From Alphaproteobacteria bacterium (GTDB lineage Bacteria > Pseudomonadota > Alphaproteobacteria > RF32 > CAG-239): a DNA stretch of 64,000 nt. This document shows, piece by piece, positions 48,199-58,119 of this stretch. Position 1 is the first letter of the stretch; each line of letters starts with the position of its first letter. Below the pieces are notes generated by a model that saw only the letters and a list, made by a program, of their open reading frames with translations, did not search any database and had not been told where the DNA came from. A program made the translations under genes and the position numbers. Location: NCBI GenBank assembly GCA_045602545.1, contig JAZSBR010000022.1, forward strand, positions 17,696 to 81,695. The letters run 5' to 3'.

Positions 48199-49294
48199 AG
48201 CCCTGATTTTTAAAGAATTTTTGCAAATAATCCGTGATCCGAGCAGTATTATGATTGCGATGATTTTACCATTTATTTTGATTACAATTTTTGCCACGGC
48301 AATTAATTTGGACAACAATTCCATTCGTACCGGACTGGTGATTGAAGGTGATCGACAACAAATTAACGAGATATTAGCTTCTTTTGACGGTTCGGCTTTT
48401 GTGGATATTGTGCGTTATGACAATCGTAAAGAGGCACAAAATGCCTTGGTGGCCGGAAATATTCGCGCCATTGTTGTTATTCCGAACAACTTTGCTCAAT
48501 CATTTTCCGGCGGGCAAACGGCTTCGATTCAGGTTTTAACCGATGCTTCAGATCCGAATATTGCCTTGTTTGCCTCAGCCTACGTGCAGGGTATTGTGGC
48601 AACGGCTCAAAAAATTTTGCTGACCACCTATGGTTATAATAAATCGGTTGGTATTCAGATTGAACAGATTTCATGGTATAATCCGGAACTGAAAAGCCGA
48701 AACTTTATTTTACCGAACTCCATTGCCATTATTATGACCTTAATCGGTATGTTATTAACGGCTTTGGTTATTGCCCGCGAGTGGGAACGAGGCACGATGG
48801 AAGCTCTTTTAACCACAAAAGCATCAAAATTGCAGATATTAATTGCCAAATATTTTTCTTATTATTGTTTAGCAATCTTTTCAGCTGCATTTTGCACCTT
48901 TTTAAGCGTCATCATTTTTAATGTGCCTTTTCGGGGTTCATACTTAGTGTATTTTGTAACATCCAGTTTGTTTTTGTTTGTTTCTATCGGTATGGGGTTT
49001 ATTATTTCAACCTTAACCAAAAATCAGTTTTTAGCTTCTGTTGCTGCCGCCATGTTCGGCTTTTTACCTGCAATCATGCTGTCAGGAGGCTTGTTTGAAA
49101 TATCATCTATGCCGACAGCCATTCAGCCATTGACACACCTTATTCCGGCCACTCACTTTATTCCTATTATCAAAAACTTATTCATAGCCGGTAATATTTG
49201 GCCGATAATATTATCCGAAAGCGGTTATTTGCTGCTTTACGGCCTTGCAATGTTTATTCTATTGTATCACGTGAGCAAAGAAAGGCTTGAGTAA
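48185..49294 (+). CDS. ABC-2 permease (YbhS-like)
   Basis: KEFLQIIRD and AREWERGTME; ATG at 48185 with RBS GGAGG. Confidence 0.9.
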   Translation: MQIIKALIFKEFLQIIRDPSSIMIAMILPFILITIFATAINLDNNSIRTGLVIEGDRQQINEILASFDGSAFVDIVRYDNRKEAQNALVAGNIRAIVVIPNNFAQSFSGGQTASIQVLTDASDPNIALFASAYVQGIVATAQKILLTTYGYNKSVGIQIEQISWYNPELKSRNFILPNSIAIIMTLIGMLLTALVIAREWERGTMEALLTTKASKLQILIAKYFSYYCLAIFSAAFCTFLSVIIFNVPFRGSYLVYFVTSSLFLFVSIGMGFIISTLTKNQFLASVAAAMFGFLPAIMLSGGLFEISSMPTAIQPLTHLIPATHFIPIIKNLFIAGNIWPIILSESGYLLLYGLAMFILLYHVSKERLE

Positions 49295-50418
49295 TGAATG
49301 GATTTATACAACGATGTGCTGCCGTTTGGGCGCTGGTGATTAAAGAATTTCAAGTTATTTTATCAGATCCGAAAAACTGTGGAATGATTTTAATGCCACC
49401 AATTTTGATGCTGGCGATTTTTGCCTTTGCCGCCACATTTGAAGTCAACAGTATTTCAATGTTGATTTATGACAAGTCAAACACACAAATTTCACGCAGC
49501 TTGATTGATAAACTGGCACATACACCTTATGTTAAGCATATTTATATGGTTGACAATCCTAAAGAACTCACTGAAAAAATGGATACCGAAAAAGCCTTTG
49601 TCGCTTTAACAATTCCCGAAAATTTCTCCAAGCAAATTTACTTAGGACAATCTCCGACCATCCAACTGATTACCGATGGTCGAAAATCAAATACGGCACA
49701 AGTGGTCAGCGGATATTTAACCTATATTCTCGGCGCTTTTCAATATGAGATAGACGATGCAAAAATAGCCACCATACCAATCAATATTAAGGTTCGCAAT
49801 TGGTTTAATCCGCAACTTAATTATCAATGGTATATTGTGATTTCATTTATGGGAGTTTTAGTGACGGTAATGATGTTGGCAATTACCGCACTATCGGTGG
49901 CACAAGAAAAAGAACTCGGCACATTTGATCAGGTTTTAATTTCACCGCTAAAACCATATGAAATTTTAATCGGTAAAACAATTCCAGCCATCAGCGTGGC
50001 TTATTTTGACCTGACAATAATGATTTTGGCAGGACATATAATATTTCATATTCCGGCCGAACATAGTTATTTATTGATTTATGGCTGTATTTTCGTATTC
50101 TTATTATCTATTGCGGGTATCGGCCTTTTTATATCAACCGTTTGTCAAACACAACAGCAAGCAATTTTCGGTGTGTTTTGTTTTTTAGCGCCAACATTTT
50201 TACTTTCCGGTTTTATTACTCCACTGGAAAATATGTCACCATTTTTGCAAAAACTCAGTTTTTTCAATCCGCTGACATATTTCTTTAATTTAATGCGAGG
50301 TCTTTTTTTAAAAAATATTGATTACTTAACCATTTGGTCAAACATCTGGCCTTTGATGTTGATTGCCATCATTACTCTGAGCTTTGCCTGTTGGTTTTTC
50401 AATAAAAAAATCAACTAA
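49294..50418 (+). CDS. ABC-2 permease (YbhR-like)
   Basis: DGRKSNTA, EKELGTFDQ and LSGF.TP.ENM. Confidence 0.9.
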   Translation: MNGFIQRCAAVWALVIKEFQVILSDPKNCGMILMPPILMLAIFAFAATFEVNSISMLIYDKSNTQISRSLIDKLAHTPYVKHIYMVDNPKELTEKMDTEKAFVALTIPENFSKQIYLGQSPTIQLITDGRKSNTAQVVSGYLTYILGAFQYEIDDAKIATIPINIKVRNWFNPQLNYQWYIVISFMGVLVTVMMLAITALSVAQEKELGTFDQVLISPLKPYEILIGKTIPAISVAYFDLTIMILAGHIIFHIPAEHSYLLIYGCIFVFLLSIAGIGLFISTVCQTQQQAIFGVFCFLAPTFLLSGFITPLENMSPFLQKLSFFNPLTYFFNLMRGLFLKNIDYLTIWSNIWPLMLIAIITLSFACWFFNKKIN

Positions 50419-50515
50419 CCGACAGCCAAATTCCTTTGTTTTTTATCCGACACAAATATCAATTTCTCCATTTCCAATTATTAACCTTAAAAAAAAGTCC
50501 TCAAAAATTTTCAGC

Positions 50516-51313
50516 TTAAAATTTTTTCAAAAATCCCAAAATATACGGAATATTTTTGTTTTCAAAAAACACCGAATGGTGCGTTTCATTATCCAGCAGT
50601 TTTAGTTCTTTATCTGAAGAATTCGCATTTTCAAAAAGCGTTTCGGCATGATGATAAGGAATCAATTTATCATTTTTTCCGTGAACAATCAAAAGCGGTC
50701 CGCTATATTTTTTTAAGTAGTCAACAGACATATATTTATCTTTCAAAACATACTTGGCAAAAGGCACGGGCTTTTCCGAAACAAGCTGATATAATGAAGA
50801 AAAAGGAGCCGTTAAAATCAAGCCGTCAACACTTCTGACATTAGTCAATGCAGATGAAAAAGCTGTTCCGAAAGAATAACCGTACACCACAACTTTTGAA
50901 TAACCTTTGTTTTTTAACCAATCAAAAGCAAGCGTTGCATCCTCAACCACCGCTTTTTGCGATATTTTTCCCTTTGTTTTTCCGAAACCGCGATATTCCA
51001 TCATTAAGATAGTATAACCGGCGTCTGAAAGAGGCAACATTGCCGGTGCCAAATATGCAATTTGTCCGGTATTGCCGTGAAGGAACAAAATCGCCGGCTT
51101 ATTCTCATCGCCTTTATGATACCAGTTCATTATTTCCGTGCCGTCAGAAGCTTGCAGCAAAACTTCGGAAAACCCGCTTATTGATATATCTTCGGCAGAT
51201 TGATATTTTTTATTCGGTTCGAACAGCAAATAATCTTGAATAGAATATAGTACTCCTAAATAGGCAACCAATATTCCGATACAAAATAAAAAAATTTTAA
51301 GTACTTTTTTCAT
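50516..51313 (-). CDS. Alpha/beta-hydrolase (Bem46/ABHD-like) with an N-terminal membrane anchor
   Basis: LHGN, EYRGFG, GYSFG and HGKND. Confidence 0.88.
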   Translation of the reverse strand: MKKVLKIFLFCIGILVAYLGVLYSIQDYLLFEPNKKYQSAEDISISGFSEVLLQASDGTEIMNWYHKGDENKPAILFLHGNTGQIAYLAPAMLPLSDAGYTILMMEYRGFGKTKGKISQKAVVEDATLAFDWLKNKGYSKVVVYGYSFGTAFSSALTNVRSVDGLILTAPFSSLYQLVSEKPVPFAKYVLKDKYMSVDYLKKYSGPLLIVHGKNDKLIPYHHAETLFENANSSDKELKLLDNETHHSVFFENKNIPYILGFLKKF

Positions 51314-51817
51314 TTATTCCTCGTCATACTTCGGGGCTTCAGCTTCTTCCAGCAATTTGTAAAAATATTCAATATCCTGCAAGTTTAAGCCCTCATCGCA
51401 AATAATGCTGTAATAGCCGGTTTCGGCCGCAAAATTCACAACTTTATAATTGTTTTCCTCGCCTCGCACGGCAAATTTAACGCCGTTATCAAGCGTAATC
51501 GTTTTATTGACCGGATATTGATTATAATCACCGGAAATATCTATGATTCCGTTTTCATCCGCCTCGCCTTGCGCTGTTACCGACTTGCGCAAAATCACAT
51601 TACGATTGCCTGAAACAGGAAAGCGCAATTCCAACATTCCGTTCATTGCCCGAACCGTATAATTTTCCACTTTTAGCGGAAAGTCAAAACCTGCTTTTTC
51701 AGCTCCGCAAGTGATATCGCTTCCGCAATCAATCCAAGGATTTATCATGCTTTGCGCCGAAATTGCGCTCATTCCTGCAAGCCCTAAAAACACTATAAAA
51801 ACTGCCTTTTTCATCAT
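51314..51817 (-). CDS. Secreted hypothetical protein
   Basis: Signal peptide MMKKAVFIVFLG; mature region begins MINPWIDC. Confidence 0.75.
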   Translation of the reverse strand: MMKKAVFIVFLGLAGMSAISAQSMINPWIDCGSDITCGAEKAGFDFPLKVENYTVRAMNGMLELRFPVSGNRNVILRKSVTAQGEADENGIIDISGDYNQYPVNKTITLDNGVKFAVRGEENNYKVVNFAAETGYYSIICDEGLNLQDIEYFYKLLEEAEAPKYDEE

Positions 51818-51843
51818 TTTCACCTCATTTTGGGATAATATTA
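51783..51843 (-). repeat. Dispersed repeat (RBS and signal-peptide start), copy 2
   Basis: 57/61 identical to 33734-33794. Confidence 0.85.
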
Positions 51844-52008
51844 AGGCAACTAAAGTAAAAATTTCATAAATCAGCGGAATATTTTTTCTCCGCCGTTATT
51901 TTTTTGTTAAAAAAATTCTTGACAACAATAAAAATTTGTCCATAATAAGAATGTCTTTATATTAAAAATAAATTATTAATAAAAAGTCCTCGAAAAGAGG
52001 CAAAAATT

Positions 52009-52614
52009 ATGAACAAAGAAGAAATTAAAAAAATTGTCAGCCTCATTGAGGCCGGTCAGAAGTTGAAAGACGACACCGTTATCTTCCAAGTTCCCGTTGA
52101 AACCTTTGAGGTCTATGTGCTGGATAATGAGCACCCTTTGTCTGTCAAGGCTCAGAAGATGCTCTTTGATGCGGACAAGCGGGATTACTACAACGTGTAC
52201 GCCGGCTCCGGTAACCTGAGCATCGAGGCTTTCAAGATGATGCTTGATGCAAACGACGAGAGTTATTTCGCAAGATATTGCTGGAACAGCTTCTTTTCGT
52301 TGGAGCAAAAAAAGCTTATCGTCGCTCACAAGAAGGCCCTGCGTTTCATCGAACTGATGATGGACAATAGCGGCTCAGAAACAACACAGTGGCTGGAGGC
52401 ACCGGAAGCAGATGTCCCCTTCGTCAAAATGGAAGGTTCTGAGGCAGACAGGGTGCTTGACCGCTATATGCGTGATAACCTGCCCCTGTCTGATGAAGCT
52501 CAACTCGCCCTCTTTGAGAAGAAGGATGCCAAGAAGTGGGTCAAGCGCTATGATGAGCTAAAGGGACTCACAGGTAAGGCCAAAGAACTAGCCAAAGAAA
52601 AAGGCTGGATTTAG
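52009..52614 (+). CDS. Hypothetical helical-repeat protein with GC-richer codon usage
   Basis: Own promoter-like TTGACA (51919) and CATAAT (51941), RBS GAGG, and a downstream terminator. Confidence 0.75.
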   Translation: MNKEEIKKIVSLIEAGQKLKDDTVIFQVPVETFEVYVLDNEHPLSVKAQKMLFDADKRDYYNVYAGSGNLSIEAFKMMLDANDESYFARYCWNSFFSLEQKKLIVAHKKALRFIELMMDNSGSETTQWLEAPEADVPFVKMEGSEADRVLDRYMRDNLPLSDEAQLALFEKKDAKKWVKRYDELKGLTGKAKELAKEKGWI

Positions 52615-52626
52615 CCTCTAATAAGA

Positions 52627-52658
52627 AAGACCGGAGATATTTTGTCTTCGGTCTTTTT
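52627..52658. terminator. Bidirectional terminator
   Basis: AAAGACCGGAGA...TCTTCGGTCTTTTT. Confidence 0.75.
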
Positions 52659-52672
52659 GTATCTTGATGTTT

Positions 52673-53215
52673 TTATAACAAATCTTTTATTTTTGCTTCA
52701 ACTTTTTGCATATCGGCAGTCGGTTCAAAACGCTCCACAACCTCGCCTTTACGATTTATCAAAAACTTGGTGAAATTCCATTTGATATCAGGTTTTGATG
52801 CCCAATCTTTATCAGCTTTTTCCAGCATATCTGCCAAAACTGACGCCAATTTATGCTCGCCGAAACCCTTAAAACCTTTTTGTGATTTTAAGAAGGTATA
52901 AAGAGGTAATTCATTTTCTCCGTTGACATCTGATTTTTTCATCTGCGGAAATTGTGTTTTATAGTGCAGTTGGCAAAATTCATGAACTTCATCATCACTC
53001 CCCGGAGTTTGATGACCGAACTGATTGCACGGAATATCTATAATTTCCAAACCTTTTTCGTGATATTTTTCATAAAGTGCTTCAATTACCTCATATTGAG
53101 GAGTGAAACCGCAACCGGTAGCTGTATTAACAATTAAAATAACCTTTCCTTTTAAGTCGCTTAATTTTAATTCTTCGCCTTTCGGCATAGGTACACTATA
53201 ATCATAAATATTCAT
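52673..53215 (-). CDS. Glutathione peroxidase (Cys type)
   Basis: VNTATGCGFTPQY, PCNQFG and IKWNFTKFL. Start at 53215 with RBS AAGGAG. Confidence 0.93.
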   Translation of the reverse strand: MNIYDYSVPMPKGEELKLSDLKGKVILIVNTATGCGFTPQYEVIEALYEKYHEKGLEIIDIPCNQFGHQTPGSDDEVHEFCQLHYKTQFPQMKKSDVNGENELPLYTFLKSQKGFKGFGEHKLASVLADMLEKADKDWASKPDIKWNFTKFLINRKGEVVERFEPTADMQKVEAKIKDLL

Positions 53216-53422
53216 TTTTTTCTCCTTTTTCATAAATTTCTGACTTACAATATAATTCCGCTCCCTTATTTGAGTCAACATTTTTAATTTTTTATGTTAG
53301 TGTTTTTAAGAACATAAAAAACTTTACACACATATCGCCGGCTGTGCTTTAAATGCTTTACTTGAAAAAATTTTTATTCTAGGATATTTAATAATTCAAT
53401 CTGATAATGCAAAGAAAAACAA

Positions 53423-54358
53423 ATGCAAAACATACGCAATTTTTTTATTAAATACATGGCGCTGATTGTGCTGATTATTGCCACAATTTCGCTTTTTGCC
53501 CCTAAAAGCGCTTTATGGATTTCAACCTCATGGATAAATTATCTTCTTATGGTTGTGATGTTCGGTATGGGTTTAACCTTAAAGCCGGAAAGTTTTGTCT
53601 TGGTTTTCAAGCGCCCGAAAGATGTTCTCTGCGGTATTTTTGCTCAATATACGATTATGCCGATTCTTGCTTTTGCTTTAAGCCGAATACTGGGTCTTGA
53701 TACTGCTTTGACTGCCGGTGTGATTTTGGTCGGAACTTGCCCCGGTGGCACTGCCAGCAATGTCATTACCTATTTTGCCAAAGGCGATATTGCCTTGTCA
53801 GTTTCCATGACCGGCATAAACACCCTGCTCGCCCCTATATTAACACCGCTTGTAACTTATTTATTGCTCAACACAACGGTTGAAGTAAATATGATAAGCA
53901 TGTTGCTTGCCATAGTTAATGTAATTTTAATCCCGATTGTTTTCGGACTTGTGATAAATCATTTTTTCTCCGGCATAACGCAAAAGTTTGTTGATTTATT
54001 ACCCGTCATTTCAGTGGTGGCAATTTGCATGATTGTGGCAACCGTTGTTTCACACAATGCCGAAAAAATATATACTTGCGGATTTTTGGTTTTGAGTGCT
54101 GTTATTTTGCATAATCTTTTGGGATTTTTATGCGGTTTCACGCTCGGAAAAATATTGAAAATGCCACCGCAAAAAATAAAAGCGTTTTCCATTGAAATCG
54201 GTATGCAAAATTCGGGACTGGCAACAAGCTTGGCCGGAACTGCATTTCCGAACCTTGCCATGGCAACCGTGCCGGGAGCGATTTTTTCGGTATGGCACAA
54301 TATTTCCGGTGCTGCCTTAGCTGAAATTTATCGCCGTTGGAAAAATAAGGAAGAATAG
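53423..54358 (+). CDS. Bile acid:sodium symporter family protein (PanS-like)
   Basis: MFGMGLTL, CPGGTASNV, EIGMQNSGLA and FSVWHN. Confidence 0.92.
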   Translation: MQNIRNFFIKYMALIVLIIATISLFAPKSALWISTSWINYLLMVVMFGMGLTLKPESFVLVFKRPKDVLCGIFAQYTIMPILAFALSRILGLDTALTAGVILVGTCPGGTASNVITYFAKGDIALSVSMTGINTLLAPILTPLVTYLLLNTTVEVNMISMLLAIVNVILIPIVFGLVINHFFSGITQKFVDLLPVISVVAICMIVATVVSHNAEKIYTCGFLVLSAVILHNLLGFLCGFTLGKILKMPPQKIKAFSIEIGMQNSGLATSLAGTAFPNLAMATVPGAIFSVWHNISGAALAEIYRRWKNKEE

Positions 54359-54359
54359 T

Positions 54360-55193
54360 ATGAAAAAATTTTTCATTGCCGTATTTTTACTTTTTATTAC
54401 AGCTTGTTTAAGCCATATTCAAACAAACGAATTTTGGATTCAAAATCCGCAGAATCAAAGTATTTTCGTTAAAGCAGACGGGCTTGAAAATGCCTCGCAC
54501 CATAAGCTGGCAATCATTCAACACGGGCTGTCTTCCAATATGAATCACGTCGCCGTGCAAGAAGCAAAAAAAGCATTTTTGGATAATCATTATGTTGTAA
54601 TAACTTTTGATTCGCGCTATTCTTTAGGTGAAGGCAATAACGATGTTGAAAAAGTGCAATTAAAAACCTTTACCGAAGATTTGGAAACGATTGTAAATTG
54701 GGCAAAAAAACAGCCGTTTTATGCCGAACCGTTTGCTTTGGCAGGACATTCTCTCGGCGGTGCTTCCGTTATCAAATTCAGTGCAAAATACCCTGAATAT
54801 GTTAGCGTTTTAGTACCGATAACTCCTGTTATCAGCGGAAAGTCATGGGAAAAATCATGCATGAAAAATTTGGGTGATTTTTGCTTAAATTGGAAACAAA
54901 AAGGAACATATCAATACACTGATGAACAAAATCACAAAACCGCAACAATTCCTTTTTCGGTTGTAACAAGTTGCGCAAATTATAACGCCTATAAAATAGC
55001 AAAAGACATCCGTGCCGAAACTCTTTTTATCGGCGCCGAAAAGGATATTGTAATCAATCCGAATGATGTTATAGGACTTTCAAAAACTTTTTCTAAAGGA
55101 AGCATGTCTATCATAAAATCTGCAGGACACAATTTTGAGGATAAGCAAAATCAAACCGATTTGTATCAAGCAATAAACACATTTTTGCAATAA
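54360..55193 (+). CDS. Exported alpha/beta-hydrolase (possible lipoprotein)
   Basis: Lipobox-like ITAC; QHG, GHSLGG and AGHNF. Confidence 0.82.
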   Translation: MKKFFIAVFLLFITACLSHIQTNEFWIQNPQNQSIFVKADGLENASHHKLAIIQHGLSSNMNHVAVQEAKKAFLDNHYVVITFDSRYSLGEGNNDVEKVQLKTFTEDLETIVNWAKKQPFYAEPFALAGHSLGGASVIKFSAKYPEYVSVLVPITPVISGKSWEKSCMKNLGDFCLNWKQKGTYQYTDEQNHKTATIPFSVVTSCANYNAYKIAKDIRAETLFIGAEKDIVINPNDVIGLSKTFSKGSMSIIKSAGHNFEDKQNQTDLYQAINTFLQ

Positions 55194-55237
55194 ATAGAGT
55201 TTAAAATACGGCACTATGAGGACTTAACTATAAAGAC

Positions 55238-56290
55238 CTATTTTTGTTGACCGTTATATCTGGCATTTGTTATATCTGCCATGGCAAAAGCTTTATTATG
55301 CACTTGTTCTACATCCTTTGCCTTATTTACTTTTGATTTTTCTATTCCGGTTATATCAGCAATTCTGTCTTCTACATACTTTTGCATGGTATAGGCATGC
55401 ACTTCTTTTGGCATAAGTGAATATATATCGCCAAATTCGACAGAGTTTTTATTTATATTTTTTTCTTCAAAATCCTCAGCAGAGTGCATATAACATTCAA
55501 ATAATCTGTTTACTGCCTTGTCATTAAAATTTTCCCTATGTTGCCTTTTATGCGTAAATTCATGAAATACTACCGAAACACCCATATAATTGTCGCTGTT
55601 TTCCAATCGTTCCGTATTAAAAACTATTTTTCCTCCTTTATGATAAGCTCCCGGAACGTGAGCATTTTCATCAAGATTATTTTCTTTTCTAAATTCTTCC
55701 GGAGTATAAAAACCGATATCAAGTGAAGTATGATATGCATAATTTATAATTTTAGCCGTTTCCATTATTGTGGCTTTTTTATCTTCTATATCCAAATTTT
55801 TCCAGTTTCGCATATTATCGGTAATTTTTTTGTTGTTTGCTACAAGAGCAATAAAACGATCGGCTTTTCTTTCTTCTTCCTCCAAAAATTCTTTCGGAAA
55901 CTTAATATTATATAAAAGAGCAAGCATTTTATCTTTGTGTTTTAAACATAAATTTTTCAGTTCGCCATTTGTCAGGTTATAATCAAAAATTGTATTCAAA
56001 ATCTCAATTTTACTTTCCAACGGGAGCTTCGCTATATTTTCACATGATGTACTTATAAAACTCTTTATTCTTGTTTCACGCAGTTTGTTTTTTGTCTGAA
56101 TATAAGGTCTATACTGTTCGGCCATTTCTGCAAACTGAGCTTTTGTTATATCCTTTAAGTCATACTTATCTAACAGCTTTTCTATCGTATTTTCTTTTCC
56201 GGCGAAAGCATCAAAACTAAGCTTATCGCTGTTTGGGTCTGTTTCAATTATGCAATTTGAAAAAAGATAAATTAATTCTATGTTATCCAT
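55238..56290 (-). CDS. Putative zincin metalloprotease-domain protein
   Basis: HEFTHKRQ followed by Y...P.E..A; RBS GGAGG. Confidence 0.65.
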   Translation of the reverse strand: MDNIELIYLFSNCIIETDPNSDKLSFDAFAGKENTIEKLLDKYDLKDITKAQFAEMAEQYRPYIQTKNKLRETRIKSFISTSCENIAKLPLESKIEILNTIFDYNLTNGELKNLCLKHKDKMLALLYNIKFPKEFLEEEERKADRFIALVANNKKITDNMRNWKNLDIEDKKATIMETAKIINYAYHTSLDIGFYTPEEFRKENNLDENAHVPGAYHKGGKIVFNTERLENSDNYMGVSVVFHEFTHKRQHRENFNDKAVNRLFECYMHSAEDFEEKNINKNSVEFGDIYSLMPKEVHAYTMQKYVEDRIADITGIEKSKVNKAKDVEQVHNKAFAMADITNARYNGQQK

Positions 56291-56484
56291 ACTTGCCTCC
56301 TGTATTTTGTTTGCGAACTTTTAACAAATACCGGCTTTTGATAGTTTTGCTGCCCAATTTTGTCTAATTATAACAAAATTACCTTTTAATGTCAACACAT
56401 TTTTGCATAATCGTGATTTTGTATTTTACTTTAAAAAAAATACTGTTAAACTTTCAAGAGAAAATCGTTAAAAAGGAGATATAA

Positions 56485-56889
56485 ATGTACAAATATTTAA
56501 TTGCACTTTTTGTTGCTTGCTTTGCTTTTAATGCTTCGGCTGCAACATCAGAAATTTTGCAAAAATCGCAAAATTCTTGGAACAACACCCCTATAAAACA
56601 AATGAATTTGACCGAACCGGAAGTAACGGTTGTTCGCATTCAAATTCCGAAGGGCGAAAAACTTCCGTTGCATCAACACCCTATTTTGAATGTCGGTTAT
56701 TTAACCAAGGGAGAATTAACCGTTCATACCGAAAACAACGATGTTTTGGTATTAAAGGCAGGCGATCCGATTATTGAGGTTATAGACACTTGGCACTATG
56801 GTGAGAGTACCGGTGAAGAAGATGCCGAAATCGTGGTTGTTTATGTCGGCAATAAAGGTGACACCTTCACTCTGACTAAAGAAGAATAA
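56485..56889 (+). CDS. Secreted cupin-domain protein
   Basis: Signal peptide; LPLHQHP and E...WHYG. Confidence 0.85.
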   Translation: MYKYLIALFVACFAFNASAATSEILQKSQNSWNNTPIKQMNLTEPEVTVVRIQIPKGEKLPLHQHPILNVGYLTKGELTVHTENNDVLVLKAGDPIIEVIDTWHYGESTGEEDAEIVVVYVGNKGDTFTLTKEE

Positions 56890-56910
56890 TTATCAAAAAA
56901 AGGACTGAAC

Positions 56911-57210
56911 ATGAAAAAACTTTTGATTTGTATCGGACTTGTTTTATCACTCTCTGCTTGCGGAAGTGACCACATTATTCGTTTCAACTTGAAACCGCAA
57001 CAAAATGAAAAAGCAGAGCCTTCATACGAAGGAAGAAGCCATTTCTTCTTTTGGGGAATGTGGCAACAGAAAAATTATAATCTGCAAACCGTCTGCCCTG
57101 AAACAGGCATTAACGCCATAGATAACCATTGGACATTTTATGATTCCCTGATGGGAGGTCTGACAATGGGAATTTATGCACCTGAGAGCTATGCAATTTA
57201 TTGCAATTAG
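56911..57210 (+). CDS. Bor/Iss-family lipoprotein
   Basis: Lipobox LSAC; HFFFWG..Q, VC and T.GIYAP....YC. Confidence 0.85.
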   Translation: MKKLLICIGLVLSLSACGSDHIIRFNLKPQQNEKAEPSYEGRSHFFFWGMWQQKNYNLQTVCPETGINAIDNHWTFYDSLMGGLTMGIYAPESYAIYCN

Positions 57211-57250
57211 GTCCTGCATTTTTACCATCAGAGCATAACAACACTCATTG

Positions 57251-57820
57251 TTATGCTCTTTTTTTTGCCTTTACGGAATTTTCTGCGTTATATCTTAATT
57301 CTTTTATGTCTGCTTTGAATTCAACAATCAATATAATCAACCAGAACATAAATATAAGCGTTACAATATCATCGCACATACGATTTTCAATAATATCAAC
57401 AAGTGCAAAAATATATCCCTGCTCCGTTGTCACAAAAAGCATTGCCACTTCCCAAGCAAACATGGAAAAACGTTTATTTATAATTGGAATCAATTTATTA
57501 TTTTTATCATATATAATACTGCGAACCCGCTTTGTTTTATATGATAAATATTTTATTACGAAAATAAGAACGCAAATAAATACTTGAAATAAAACATTAT
57601 ACCAAATCCATTTTTTCTCGCAAATATTATTTGGAGTACCGGAAAAATCGTAATCATATTTAATCATATTCGGGATAGAATCCCAATATATGTGATACAT
57701 TGCAATTTCTATAATGAGAACGGAAAAGGTTATAATAATGGATAGAAACGTCCTAAACTTGATTCCTTTTAATGTACTTCCTGATATAAACAGTTTTATA
57801 AATTGGATAAAGGATGACAT
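57251..57820 (-). CDS. DUF1648-like membrane protein
   Basis: W..IP..I...YDFSG.P after a transmembrane helix; about four hydrophobic segments. Confidence 0.6.
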   Translation of the reverse strand: MSSFIQFIKLFISGSTLKGIKFRTFLSIIITFSVLIIEIAMYHIYWDSIPNMIKYDYDFSGTPNNICEKKWIWYNVLFQVFICVLIFVIKYLSYKTKRVRSIIYDKNNKLIPIINKRFSMFAWEVAMLFVTTEQGYIFALVDIIENRMCDDIVTLIFMFWLIILIVEFKADIKELRYNAENSVKAKKRA

Positions 57821-58119
57821 AATTTCTCCCGTTGAGCATAATCTTCACATGTATTATTGCAGAAAAAAATTAAAAAACAAGCCTATAATAATTTTTGCGT
57901 GGGCTTTTTATATTCATATCCGACAAATCCTTTTATCAAAATTATTTTTCTTTTAGTTATTTTCAAAAACAGGTTAGTGGCAACAGTGATACTTCCTTCA
58001 TATGCAACACGTATTTTCATTGGCAAATAATAATGAAATATTAAAAATAAGTATTTGCAATATAAAAATAACCATTGTATATTGAGAACAAAATTAAATT
58101 AAGCACATGGAGGTGTTTT

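Noticed and set aside
41107-50418. Efflux operons as a novel system
   Set aside because: These are standard AcrAB-like and YbhGFSR-like architectures; the absence of a local TolC gene is common.
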